A stretch of 64,000 nt of DNA. Origin: Selaginella moellendorffii (Eukaryota > Plantae > Lycopodiophyta). The stretch spans positions 124,001-188,000 of the forward strand of contig NW_003314362.1 in NCBI RefSeq assembly GCF_000143415.4, in the 5' to 3' direction. Of this stretch, positions 12,760-25,478 are shown one piece after another; the first letter of the stretch is position 1; each line of letters begins with the position of its first letter. A model generated the notes under the pieces. The model did no database searches and was not told where the DNA came from. It saw nothing but the letters and a program-made list of their open reading frames with translations. The position numbers and the translations under genes are program-made.

Positions 12760-12926
12760 CTACCCTAGGGCTCACAGTGGAGCGGCGGTGTAGTGGAGCT
12801 TTTGAGGTAGCTCGGGGGTGGTTGGGTGGTGAGGAACCTCAAGAGGTGGCGTAGCATAGTCTAGGGCAACGAGATCTTTGTCTTTTTGCGCCAGATCATA
12901 ACATTGGTATCAGAGAATTGGTTGCG

Positions 12927-15717
12927 ATGGCCGACCAAGCTGAACGCTGGAATCCTATCATCGATGGTGGTGCCGACGATGGTGCCGACGAAGCTGCGGA
13001 GATTTGGACCATTCAAGATGTGGTTCATGAGCTGCGAGCCCTTAATAAAAATCAGCAAGAGATGCAAGACGAGATGCATGGCATGATGGATACCATGCGT
13101 GGGCGTGTTGAGGCACTCGAGGCTGGACGGGGTAGCACTCCAAGTAAACCTTCTTTGGTAGATCGACTCAAGATTCCAACCTTTTCCGGTGATGGTGGTG
13201 TGGATGAGTGTCTCGCTTGGCTAGCCAATGTGAAGAAGTTCTTGGCTGCTAGAGGAACTCCAGATGCAGAGGCTTTAGTGGCTATTCCGATGGTTTTGCG
13301 TGATGCGGGTCTTCGATGGTGGAATTGGCTTGAGGAGTCCCGTGTTGCGGATAAGAAATCACCAGTATCTACCATGGATGAGTTTGAGGCTGCTTTCCGT
13401 TTACGTTTTGCCCCTCATTACGATGTGGAGAATGCTCGTACAGAACTTCGCCATTTCCAGCAAGGGAAAATGACGCTTGGGGATTATATTGAGAAGCTTA
13501 CTCGCTTGATTAGTCGTGTTCCAACAAAGGATCCAGATCAGAACAAATCCTACTTCATTGATGGCCTACATAGTGAGAGCATGCGGCAACACTTGCGTCA
13601 TTCTCAGCCTACAAAGAGTTTGGAGGAGCTCTTTGATGCGGCTCGTTGACTTGATAATGACAAGCACAAGTCTCGCAAGCGTTCGCGGAGTCCTTCTGTC
13701 GAGAATCGTCGTGATGATCGCCGTGGACACAAGGATGGGAACAAGCATCACAAGTTGAAGTCGGTGGTGACTACCTCGGATGCAAAGGGGTCCAAGAAGC
13801 AGAAGTTCTTTGTGAAGAATTATAGACAGGGTTGTCATCATTGTGGCGAACTTGGACACTACAAGGCTGATTGTCCGCAGTTGAAGAACAAGCAGCAGGA
13901 CAAGAAGAATGGCCAATCTTCTTCTCACGGTAAGTCCGATACTAAAAAGTTGCAAACTTTGCAGCGTGAGGAGGAGGAGAACGACCATTCCGGTCGGAGG
14001 AAGCGACTTTCGATCGTTGCTCGTCAGCTCAACTGTGTGTGGAACAAGATGGAGCTTGAGGATACGCGTGAATCAGCTTTAATGCTGGAGGGCGTGTTCC
14101 GTGGCGATCCAGTGGGGATTTTATTGGATAGTGGGAGCGATGACAACTTTGTTTCGGCAAAGTTTGTTGCAGAGCATCGCCTGAACACACGTGGAGTTCT
14201 TCCATACACAGTGGAAGGTGCAGCTACCTCTGCTCAGCATTTCGATGCTTGTGTCGAGGGGCTGGAAGTGTTGGTTGGCAAAACCACACTTGTGGAGACT
14301 TTTTATCTCGCGGATATCCATCGTGTGGATCTCATTCTTGGGATGCCATGGTTGGTGAAGGTGGATCCAGAGATAAAGTGGAGCATTAAGCGTATCTCGC
14401 TGGAGTATGGTGGCGTTAAAGATGTGTGGTTTGGCGAGGGCGTTCAACCACCAGTTGTTATGCTCTCTGCTACATCTTTGAAGCGGGCTTGTCGTAATGG
14501 AAAAGCACTTTCAAGTTACTTGCTGTTTGTTCGTGACTTGGGGGACCAAGGCACGTGTGGGGGAGAAGCAGCAATACGGGATGTACTTGATGAGTTTTCT
14601 GATGTTTTTCCATCTGAACTTCCTCATGGATTGCCTCCATTACGAGGTGTGGAGCATGGGATTACATTGGAGCCGGGGATGCGGCCAATTTACCGGCGTC
14701 CATTTCGGTTAAGCTATGCGGAGGAGCAAGAAGTTCAACGACAAGTCAAGGAGTTACTTGAGTTTGGATTTATTCAGCCAAGTAAGTCTCCGTTTGGTGC
14801 TCCGGTCTTGCTTGTGAAGAAGAAGGACGGTTCAATGCGGATGTGTATTGACTACCATGCTTTAAACAAGAAGAAAGTGAAGGACAAGATGCCGATGCCA
14901 CGTGTGGATGATATCCTAGACAAGCTTGGTGAAGCACGAGTGTTTACCAAGATTGATCTGAGGAGTGGATATCATCAGATTGCAATGGATGATACATCTA
15001 TCTCCAAGACGGCATTCAACACAAGCTTCGGACATTTTGAGTTTACCGTTATGCCGTTTGGTTTGACGAATGCATCGGCCACATTTACTCGGTTGATGAC
15101 GGAGGTATTTGGGCGTTATCTTCATGAGTTTGTGGAGATTTTCTTGGACGATATTCTTGTTTTTAGCAAGAATATGGAGGAGCATAGGGTGCATTTGCCC
15201 AAGGTTCTTTTGTTACTTCGAGACAGCAAACTTTATGCGAAGAAGAGCAAATGTGAATTTGCAAAGTCGGAGGTGGAATATCTAGGCCATATTGTGACAT
15301 CTAAGGGTGTCAAGACGGATCCAAGGAAGGTGGCTGTGGTGGAAAACTGGCCTACACCGACTACAGTGGCCGAGTTGCGCAGTTTTCTTGGTATGGTTAG
15401 TTACTACCGACGTTTCCAGCATAAGTTTGCAGAGGTGGCTATTCCGTTGACGCGGTTGTTACGCAAGAATGTGCCATTCGAGTGGAAGACGCCACAAGAG
15501 GAGAGTTTTGTGGCGCTGAAACGATTGTTGATCGAGGCTCCAGTGCTTCGCATTGCTGATCCATCGAAACCTTACGAGGTGACATGCGATGCGAGTGGTT
15601 ATACACTGGGAGGAGTTCTCATGCAAAAGGGACAGCCTATTGCATATGAGAGTCGAACTTTGAATTCTGCGGAGCAACGCTATTCCACATATGAGCAAGA
15701 GTTACTCTCTATTTTTC
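12927..15717 (+). pseudogene. Gypsy gag-pol, 5' part (Gag, CCHC knuckle, protease, RT, start of RNase H)
   Basis: Single frame with a premature TGA at 13647-13649. Motifs: CHHCGELGHYKADC, LLDSGS, KIDLRSGYHQI, MPFGLTNA, FLDDIL, CDASG. Cut at YEQELLSI by the insertion. Confidence 0.93.
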
Positions 15718-16721
15718 TGTAAGCGACTAAATTTTTCCATTCTACTTTAGTCACTTAACCACACCTCCGACCACTTGGAGGAGTCTCATTCACAACCTCC
15801 ATAAGCCCAACTCAGGACTTGGGGCTTGCTAGCCCCGAGAATGGCATCCATGCCACTCAACCTTAGCACTTGGTCCAAGTGCTCCACGTGTCCAATCCCA
15901 TGATCGACACCCCAAGGTGCTACTGACATATCGGCCCGTTACGCTAAGGCCATGCCCATTTACCTTGGTCACACTGGTGGTCCAACACCACCTACATTCC
16001 AATCCCGTCTCTCAAAGACTGGGTCATCCGTCCATGAGTGGTCATCCCAGATCCACTCCTTAACATCCTTAGGATACCTACAGACATGGGGAATAGCCTT
16101 CCCCAATATCTCTGTTCCGGTCCCCACCAAGTCCCTTTCTGTCCTTGGCTGTGTTCGCCAACACTGCCACTAGATCGAGGCCCACCGGCCCGACCACTAA
16201 GTCCCACTATCCTCTAGGACTTCCTCACTATGTGACTGTGTCCTTGGTCACCACACCGGAGGGCTACCCCTCTTCCTTTCCACAGTCTGGGACTTTGGGA
16301 CACCATTTCGAAACACCGTGGCCTTACGCAAGCCTCGTGGGTACTCTCCCTGCCTTTCGTCTTTAGGTGCTCTAGCCATGGGCTTAGAGCGAGGTTCCGT
16401 TGAGCCACACCAGGTATCCAAGTAGGTAGTGCCACCCACACTTGGACTGGGAGCATCGGCCAGTCGATCTCCCGGGGGAACTAGAGCCGGCTCTTGAACA
16501 CTTCACCAAGCTACCCCGCTTGTCGGTCCGTGTTCACTCTAGTCTTGGACTTCCCAGTGGGCAGCTCATCACCCAACACTGGGTCCGGCCTTCCTGGGCC
16601 AAACTGGCCTTTCCTGGCCAAACTGGCTCCACTGCAGTCCTCCCCCTACTATACTTTTGGAGCTCACCAAACCCCCCAGGGTCTGGGAGACGAACGCTTT
16701 GGGCTTTCACCCTCTCAGGCT

Positions 16722-17053
16722 CCGGACTCGGACTCGGACTCGGACTCGGACTCGGACTCGGATTCGGACTCGGACTCGGGCTCGGGCTCGGTCTCGGGCT
16801 CGGCCTCGGTCTCGGTCTCAGTCCCGATCTCGGTCTCGGTCTCGGTCTCGGTCTTGACTTCGGACTCCATCTCGGACTCCATCTCGGACTCCATGTCGGG
16901 TCCATCTCGGGTCCACCTCGGACTCCATCTCGGACTCCATCTCAGGTCCATCTCGGACTCCACTTCGGACTCCAACTTGGGTCCATCTCGGGTCCACCTC
17001 TGACTCCACTTCGGACTCCAACTCGGGTCCATCTCGGACTCCACTTTGGACTC
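16722..17053. repeat. LTR-internal 6/12 bp tandem array (also 22401-22993, 25322-25828, 28192-28642, 42581-43060, 48438-48800)
   Basis: (CTCGGA)n, then (CTCGGT)n, then 12-mers such as CTCGGACTCCAT / CTCGGGTCCAT / TTCGGACTCCAA. Array length differs in every LTR. Coordinates approximate. Confidence 0.95.
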
Positions 17054-20000
17054 CCATGTGTCATGTGTTGGTCCTTTTAGGTCCCTTTTTGGAGCCTCGC
17101 CTTTTGCTCGCTTCGTGCTCGTTCCTCGAGCACTTCGTTGGGAATTCCACTCCCACTCTTGACTTTTCAAGTCGGAGCTTTTGGTCCAAACCTGTTACGC
17201 TCGTTTGGCTCTCACTTCGGCCACTACCATGTGGCGCCCTTCCGGCTCCACTTTGGGGCCTAGGGATTTTGTGTCTCATAACTCCACCACCTATAGACGA
17301 AGTTCGATGTCCTCATCGAACGGTGAACCATTTTATAAAGTAACACCCGCATGTGTTACCATTTCCATCCTTGGCGCGTAGCCAATATTTGTCAATGGTG
17401 TGACATTGAAGGCTCACCATGCCTTCTCCATATTCGTCAATGGTTGGACATTGAAGGCTCACCATGCCTTTTGCATATCCTCTAAGGAGGGTAGTCTCTC
17501 CAACTTAGAGACTGATTGGACCACATATAGTGGTTCTCTCCTTTTTTTTTTTTTTTTTTTTTTTTTTTGGTTTAGTTCTCGCTAAACCTCTTAGAGACCC
17601 TTCTCTAAGTCAATCCCACTACTCCTCGAGTAGTCTCAATTTCCATCGATATAACCTTTGCACTTTGGAACTTTGAATTTTGACTTCTTGGAGTCAATTT
17701 CCTAGGTGTCTCCGACACCTTGCCTTGCACCTTTTGTGCAACTCCACTTCCTATCCTAGGAAGTTCTCTACTCGAGGGCACCATCATCCTCTCTTCTATT
17801 TCGTGCCAAAGTTCCAGTTATCATACTTTGTGCTAAGGCTGTTCATGGCCCTATCATTTGGCTACCTTACCGCTCCCTCCCTTGGAGCTTCCACTTTCGC
17901 CAAATCGGAGCATTTCGGAATCACTCCTTGGAAACACACTTCCTTTCCCGCAACTTGTTAGCGTCCAACACATTAGTGTTCCTCGCCTAACTTTGTCACT
18001 TGGATTCCTTCCAAGGGATTCCACGGCCCTATCTTGGTCACTCATGTTTTGCTCCTATCCGTTGATTGTTGCACCAAGCAACATCGAATCTCTACCTCCC
18101 TCCTTGAGGTATTGTTTCGGTTCCATAGCAAAGATTCTTCTTTGCCAAGTCCAGAGGATGTTCACCCCTAGTACGTCTCTTTAGCATCTTCTGCTATGGG
18201 CTCTATCCACGGCCCAACTTCGTGACCCTCCCATGGGTCTTTTATAAAGACTACTTTCCTCGGACTCACTATGCCATCGCACGGACATAGTTTATTTCCC
18301 TTAGGTGCTCTTCCCACTTGGTCATCACGACCAAGCCACACCACCTTAAACAGTTCAATTTCAACATTTTGAACCAGGAACTTCATTCCTTAGCCAACCA
18401 AGGACCTTGTCCTTATCTGGCCATAAGATCACCTAGTGATTTCACCTTGGCACCTTAACAGAGTTGCCAAGAGGTACTTGGTCTTCTAGACCTCCAAGTT
18501 GTTGACTATAACCCCGGGGGCATCCCCCACACTTGGCGGTGCACCCAAGCTAGCCCTTACGGCCAAGGGTTCATAGCAACTGAGATTAGGTGTCCCCATC
18601 TCACTCACCACGACCTTGGTGCCACTTGCACCAAAGTGTTCAAGTTAGATATGCTGAGCTTTGACACTAAGCAATCTAACCGTGCATTACGACTCCGAGG
18701 CATCCCTCGCTTGGCGGTGTGCCCAAACCAGTCTCCCCACTGAGAGTCCATGACCATTGAAATATGAGTGTCCTCATATTCCAAACCATCACCACGCCCT
18801 AGTGATTTGGGACTCGAACCCAAGCACTAGAGGGTCGGGACTCAAACCCAACCTCCGTATATGCATCTACGGACGGCATCACACAAGATGCCTAGCGTGA
18901 CTCCCCACGCCGGTGCACCAACTTATTTTTAAAGCGCGCTACAGATCACAGCTTAGGAACCTAGTTCCTCCACACTGCCAAGTCTTCTCACTTGACATGT
19001 CTGTGATCATGCATGGACTCCTCCATGCTCGGCCCCATGGCCCACCCTTTTTGAAGTTATCACTTTCAACTAGGGTATTTGTTCCCCCGACGTGCCAATC
19101 TCGCTTGGCCAGTCCTCCGACCACTGTAACATGGTTCCTGCATAAGTGTGAAAGTCCTTGACCATCGACTTTCGTTCAAAGCCCTCTCCTTGAACACTCG
19201 GGAACTACTTCCCTAACCTTGATAGCCTTGCCTCCTAGCAAGCTTCAAGACCACGCTTCTGCTGCGCCACTCTGATTTCGCGCGTTCCATGAACCATTTA
19301 CACTTGGCCTTTCTAGGTACTAAGCTACCTAGAATCGTCTTTGGGAACCTTGAAGGAACTCTGTCCCTCAGCTTGCTAAGGCCTCCCTTTTTGCAAGCCT
19401 CCCAAATGCCACATAGTCTAACATGAACAATTCCATATTTTAAACTCTCCATGGCATCACGGTTGCTAGCGGCAACACCCTCGAGCCCCCACTTGATTCT
19501 CCACTCCCAGCTGGCATAACCAACCTTGGTTATGCCCTTTGATTCCTACGGTTCGGTTCTATCCCCTTACTTCTTGCTTTTTGGCTTCACACCTTTCCTT
19601 TGGTCATTCTCTTCCAGACCAGGAGGATAGCTTTGCACTTTCTATCATGCTTTAGCAAGTATTCTTAGGGATGAACCTACCCAATAGCCTAGGGAGTGGT
19701 TCCTCAATCCGGGTATGCTCACCTTATAATCCCACACACTGGGATTACATTGTTGCTTATGGGCCTTTACATGCCCATCACTAGCCTTGCCAAAATTCCA
19801 TTTTTAGCTTTGTCCAACTCGGGTAGACATTCCTCTTCTGTCTCCGCAACCTTGGACATTTGGATAGCACCTTCTATCCATCATTCGCTAGGGACTTAGT
19901 CCCTTGGGCTTTATCCATTGCCCTTGCGACATCAAACACCACCTTCTGGTGTTCTAGAGTGTTCGGGTGTCCCAATGATGGCTTTCTTGACAATGAGTAT

Positions 20001-22518
20001 TTCCTTTTATGACATTGACTTACTATATCGCAACACAAGCAACTTATCCCCCATAAGGGTATATTCAACTTCCCTATGCTATTAAGAAGTCTTGGGTAGC
20101 TACCTTCTACCCGTTTAACCAGTTATTTTGCATCTCTTGCTTAGTTGCCTTATAGTTGTCAAGTCCTACAACTCATTGCTTGGTGCTTTCACACCTCCAT
20201 CATTATCTGGGTCACCACACTCCAACTGCATGCTCTGCAGCTTAGGCTATGCTATTCCCATTTCCATTGGGATTCCTTTGGCAAGGGGTTCTCATGAACC
20301 CACCAACATAGCCTCAAGGTATCACACCTTGGCACATTTGGTGTCTCCACACCATCGGCTCCACGAGCCTACCTCTATGACATTTCCCCTTCGTGTCTAA
20401 GTCTTTGCCAAGACCAACACCGCTCTTTCTCATGCCAACCATCCGTTAGCACTGCACCATAGAGGTCACACACAACTTTGTGTCAAAGTTGTTTTCTTCT
20501 GGGAACACCTTTCCCATAACTTTAGCATGGCACATTTTGCCATCGATGAGATACCCTCTGTTCTCACCCTTGGATCCTATGATCCCCCCCCATCCTTTGT
20601 GGGGTACAACACACCTCAGTCCAAATGCTTCCATCAGTCCTTTTAGGACCATCCGTTGACTCTACTTGAGTCATCCAGCAGTTTTGGACTTGGTTAATCC
20701 ACAGACCCGTAAGGTCCTACTTGTGAGGCCCTAGCTCACTGGAATACACTTCTTGCATTCATGTCCTACTCAAAAAAACTATTTTCACAAGTGTTACTCC
20801 GACACTTGATTTTGTTCTCTGGGGGCAACCTTTGCCCCTTAGGACTACTTGTCCATGTGATGAGAACACCAACTCATCCACTTAATACACCCCCAACTCC
20901 TTGGGTTGTTCCAGCATTTATTAGAGGTAGCCCCGGCTACCTTTTCAAGGACTTGAGTCCTCTTCCGTATTTGACCTCCCACGGTCATTACTTCTGGTCT
21001 CACATTCATGAGCACCAACCTCAACTATATGAGGAAAATCTTGTGACTCCTTTATTGCTTTGGAGTCTTTATCTTTCCCGTGATCCCAACTGTAGTTGTT
21101 TGCCACAACTACATTAGCCAGTTTGCTAAGTCAAACGCTCATCTGGATCACATCCTCAACTCTTTGAGGAAAACCATATACTATTCCCAAGATCCCAAAG
21201 TCGTTCCATTATTGGCCCTTTTCTATCCACCACCTCGTCTACAAGTTCATGCATGAACTTGAGTGGAGAGCCATGTCCTCTCGACGTGCTACTCCTCAAG
21301 GATAGGCCCACTCCTACGACCTTCCGATACCAATATCAATGGTGATATACTTGAGCACTAATAAAAGTCGGACTAAGGAACAACTCCGATACCAAATTGT
21401 AAGCGACTAATTTTTCCATTCTACTTTAGTCACTTAACCACACCTCCGACCACTTGGAGGAGTCTCATTCACAACTTCCATAAGCCCAACTCAGGACTTG
21501 GGGCTTGCTAGCCCCGAGAATGGCATCCATGCCACTCAACCTTAGCACTTGGTCCAAGTGCTCCACATGTCCGATCCCATGATCGACACCCCAAGGTATC
21601 TCCGACATATCGGCCTGTTACGCTAAGGCCATGCCCATTTACCTTGGTCACACTGGTGGTCCAACACCACCTACATTCCAATCCCGTCTCTCAAAGACTG
21701 GGTCATCCGTCCATGAGTGGTTGTCCCAGATCCACTCCTTAACATCCTTAGGATGCCTACAGACATGGGGAATAGCCTTCCCCAATATCTCTGTTCCGGT
21801 CCCCACCAAGTCCCTTTCTGTCCTTGGCTGTGTTCGCTAACACTGCCACTAGATCGAGGCCCACCGGCCCGACCACTAAGTCCCACTATCCTCTAGGACT
21901 TCCTCATTGTGTGACTGTGTCCTTGGTCACCACACCGGAGGGCTACCCCTCTTCCTTTCCACAGTCTGGGACTTTGGGACACCATTTCAGAACACCGTGG
22001 CCTTACGCAAGCCTCCTGGGTACTCTCCCCACCTTTCATCTTTAGGTGCTCTAGCCATGGGCTTAGAGCGAGGTTCCGTTGAGCCACACCAGGTATCCAA
22101 GTAGGTAGTGCCACCCACACTTGGACTGGGAGCATCGGCCAGTCGATCTCCCGGGGGAACTAGAGCCGGCTCTTGAACACTTCACCAAGCTACCCCGCTT
22201 GTCAGTCCGTGTTCACTCTAGTCTTGGACTTCCCAGTGGGCAGCTCATCACCCAACACTGGGTCCGGCCTTCCTGAGCCAAACTGGCCTTTCCTGGCCAA
22301 ACTGGCTCCATTGCAGTCCTCCCCCTACTATACTTTTGGAGCTCACCAAACCCCCCAGGGTCTGGGAGACGAACGCTTTGGGCTTTCACCCTCTCAGGCT
22401 CCGGACTCAGACTCGGACTCGGACTCGGACTCGGATTCGGACTCGGACTCGGGCTCGGGCTCGGTCTCGGGCTCGGCCTCGGTCTCGGTCTCGGTCCCGA
22501 TCTCAGTCTCGGTCCCGA

Positions 22519-22550
<32 letters not shown>

Positions 22551-23225
22551 CCGGTCTCGGTCTCGACTTCGACTCCATCTCGGACTCCATCTCGGACTCC
22601 ATCTCGGGCTCCATCTCGGACTCCATCTCGGACTCCATCTCGGACTCCATCTCGGGTCCATCTCGGACTCCATCTCGGACTCCATTTCGGGTCCATCTTG
22701 GGTCCACCTCGGACTCCATCTCGGACTCCATCTCGGGTCCATCTCGGACTCCACTTCGGACTCCAACTCGGATCCATCTCGGGTCCACCTCGGACTCCAC
22801 TTCGGACTCCATCTCGGACTCCATCTCGGGTCCATCTCGGACTCCACTTCGGACTCCAACTCGGACTCCATCTCGGGTCCATCTCGGACTCCACTTCGGA
22901 CTCCAACTCGGGTCCATCTCAGACTCCACTTCGGACTCCAACTCGGGTCCATCTCGGACTCCACTTCGGACTCCAACTCGGGTCCATCTTGGACACTCCC
23001 ACGTGTCATGTGTTGGTCCTTTTGGGTCCCTTTTTGGAGCCTCGCCTTTTGCTCGCTTCGTGCTCATTCCTCGAGCACTTCGTTGGGAGTTCCACTCTCG
23101 CTCTTGACTTTTCAAGTTGGAGCTTTTGGTCCAAATGTATTACGCTCGTTTGGCTCTCGCTTCGGCCACTACCATGTGGCGCCCTTCCAGCTCCACTTTG
23201 GGGCCTAGGGATTTTGTGTCTCACA

Positions 23226-24116
23226 ATAGACTCCAAAACGATAAAGGAGTCATAAGATTACCCTCATGAAGTTGAGGTTGGTGCTCATGAATGGGAGACC
23301 AGAAGTAATGACTGCGGGAGGTCAAATACGGAAAAGGACACAAGTCCTTGAAATGGTAGCCAGAGCTACCTCTAATAAATGCTGGACAACCCAAGGAGTT
23401 GGGGGTGTATTTAGAGGATGAGTTGGCATTCTCATCATATGGACAAGTGGTCTTAAGGGGCGAAAGGTTGCCCCTAGAGAACAAATCAAGTGTCGAAGTA
23501 ACACTTGCAAAAGATGGTCCTTGTGAATAGGACATGAATACAAGGAGTTGTATTCCAGTGAGCTAGCACCTCAAAAGTAGGACCTCATAGGTCGTCGGAT
23601 TAACAAAGTCCAAAAGGTCTAAGAGGTGTGTGGTGCCCCATGAAGGATGGGGAGGATCTTGAGATCCAAGCATGAGAGCAGTATGTATCTCATTGATGGT
23701 AGAAGGTGCCATGCTAAAGTTATGGGAAAGAGTTTCCTGGAAGAAAACAACTTTGACACAAAGTTGTGCTTGAACTCTATGGTGCAATGCTAATGGATAA
23801 TTGGCAAAAATACCTAAACACAAGTAAGAAGTGTCATAAAGGTAGGCTCGTGGAGCCAATGGTGTGGAGACACCGAAGGTGCCAAGGTGTGCTACCTTGA
23901 GGTCAAGTTGGCGGGTTCATGAGAACCCTGTCCAAAGGAATGCCAATGGAAATGGGAATGGCATAGCCTAAGTTAGAAGGCATGCGGTTAGAGTGTGGTG
24001 ACCCAAATAATGATGGAGGTGTGGAAGCACCAACAATGAGTTGTAAGACTTGACAACTATGAGGCAACTAAGCAAAATAATTCGTTAAACTGGTAGAAGG
24101 CAACTACCTAAGACTA
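23226..24116 (+). mobile_element. Inverted, diverged copy of part of the non-autonomous element's internal region
   Basis: Reverse complement of ~20088-21070 with many substitutions and some deletions. Direct orientation resumes at cccaaagtcgttcc (~24117). Confidence 0.85.
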
Positions 24117-25446
24117 CCCAAAGTCGTTCCATTATTGGCCCTTTTCTATCCACCACATCGCGCCCAAGTTCATGCATGAACTTGAGTGGAGAGCCATGTC
24201 CTCTCGACGTGCTACTCCTCAAGGATAGGCCCACTCCTCGGGCCTTCCGATGCCAACACTAATGGTAATATACTTGAGCACCAATAAAAGTCGGACTAAG
24301 GAACAACTCCGATACCAAATTGTAAGCGACTAAATTTTCCATTCTACTTTAGTCACTTAACCACACCTCTGACCACTTGGAGGAGTCTCATTCACAACCT
24401 CCATAAGTCCAATCCAGGACTTGGGACTTGCTAGCCCCGAGAATAGCATCCATGCCACTTAACATTTGCACTTGGTCCAAGTGCTCCACGTGTCCGATCC
24501 CATGACCGACACTCAAAGGTACCACCGACATAGCAGCCCGTTACGCTAAGGCCATGCCCAATCACCTTTGCCACACTGGTAGTCCAATACCACTTGCATC
24601 ACCGTCTTGGCTCTCCAAGACTAGGCAAACCATCCGTGAGTGGTCATCTCAGATCCACTCCTTAGCATCCTTAGGATGCCCACCAACAAGGGGAATAGCC
24701 TTCCCCAATATCCCTCTGTCAGTCCCCACTAAGTCCCTTTTTGCCCCTGGCCGTGTTTGCCAACACTGCCACTGGATCGAGACCCACAGGCCCGACCACT
24801 AAGTCCCACGGTCCTCTGGGACTTCCTCACCACACGACTGTGTCCTTGGTCACTACCCCAAAGGACTGCTCCTCTTCCTTTCCACAGTCTGGGCCTTTGG
24901 GACAACATTTCGAAACACCGTGGCCTTACGCGAGCCACCTGGGTACTCTCCTCGCCTTCTGCCCTTGGGTGCTCTAGCCATGGGCTTAGAGCGGGTTCCG
25001 TTGAGCCACACCAGGTATCCAAGTAGGTAGTGCCACCCACACTTGGACTGGGAGCATCGGCCAGTCGATCTCCCGGGGGAACTAGAGCCGGCTCTTGAAC
25101 ACTTCACCAAGCTACCCCGCTTGTCGGTCTATGTTCACTCTAGTTTTGGACTTCCCAGTGGGCAGCTCATCACCCAACACTGGGTCCGGCCTTCCTGGGC
25201 CAAACTGGCCTTTCCTGGCCAAACTGGCTCCACTGCAGTCCTCCCCCTACTATACTTTTGGAGCTCACCAAACCCCCCAGGGTCTGGGAGACGAACGCTT
25301 TGGGCTTTCACCCTCTCAGGCTCCGAACTCGGACTCGGACTCGGACTCGGACTCGGACTCAGACTCGGACTCGGACTCGGACTCGGACTCGGGCTCGGGC
25401 TCGGGCTCTGTCTCGGCCTCGGCCTCGGTCTCGGTCTCGGTCCCGA

Positions 25447-25478
<32 letters not shown>

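Noticed and set aside
13647-13649. Programmed gag-pol readthrough at TGA
   Set aside because: The stop lies inside gag, before the zinc knuckle, and is most simply a CGA-to-TGA mutation like the other stops in this copy.
17543-17568. Poly(T) run as the tail of a retroposed insertion
   Set aside because: The sister copy has ttttatt at the same site (~43590), so this is simple homopolymer expansion.
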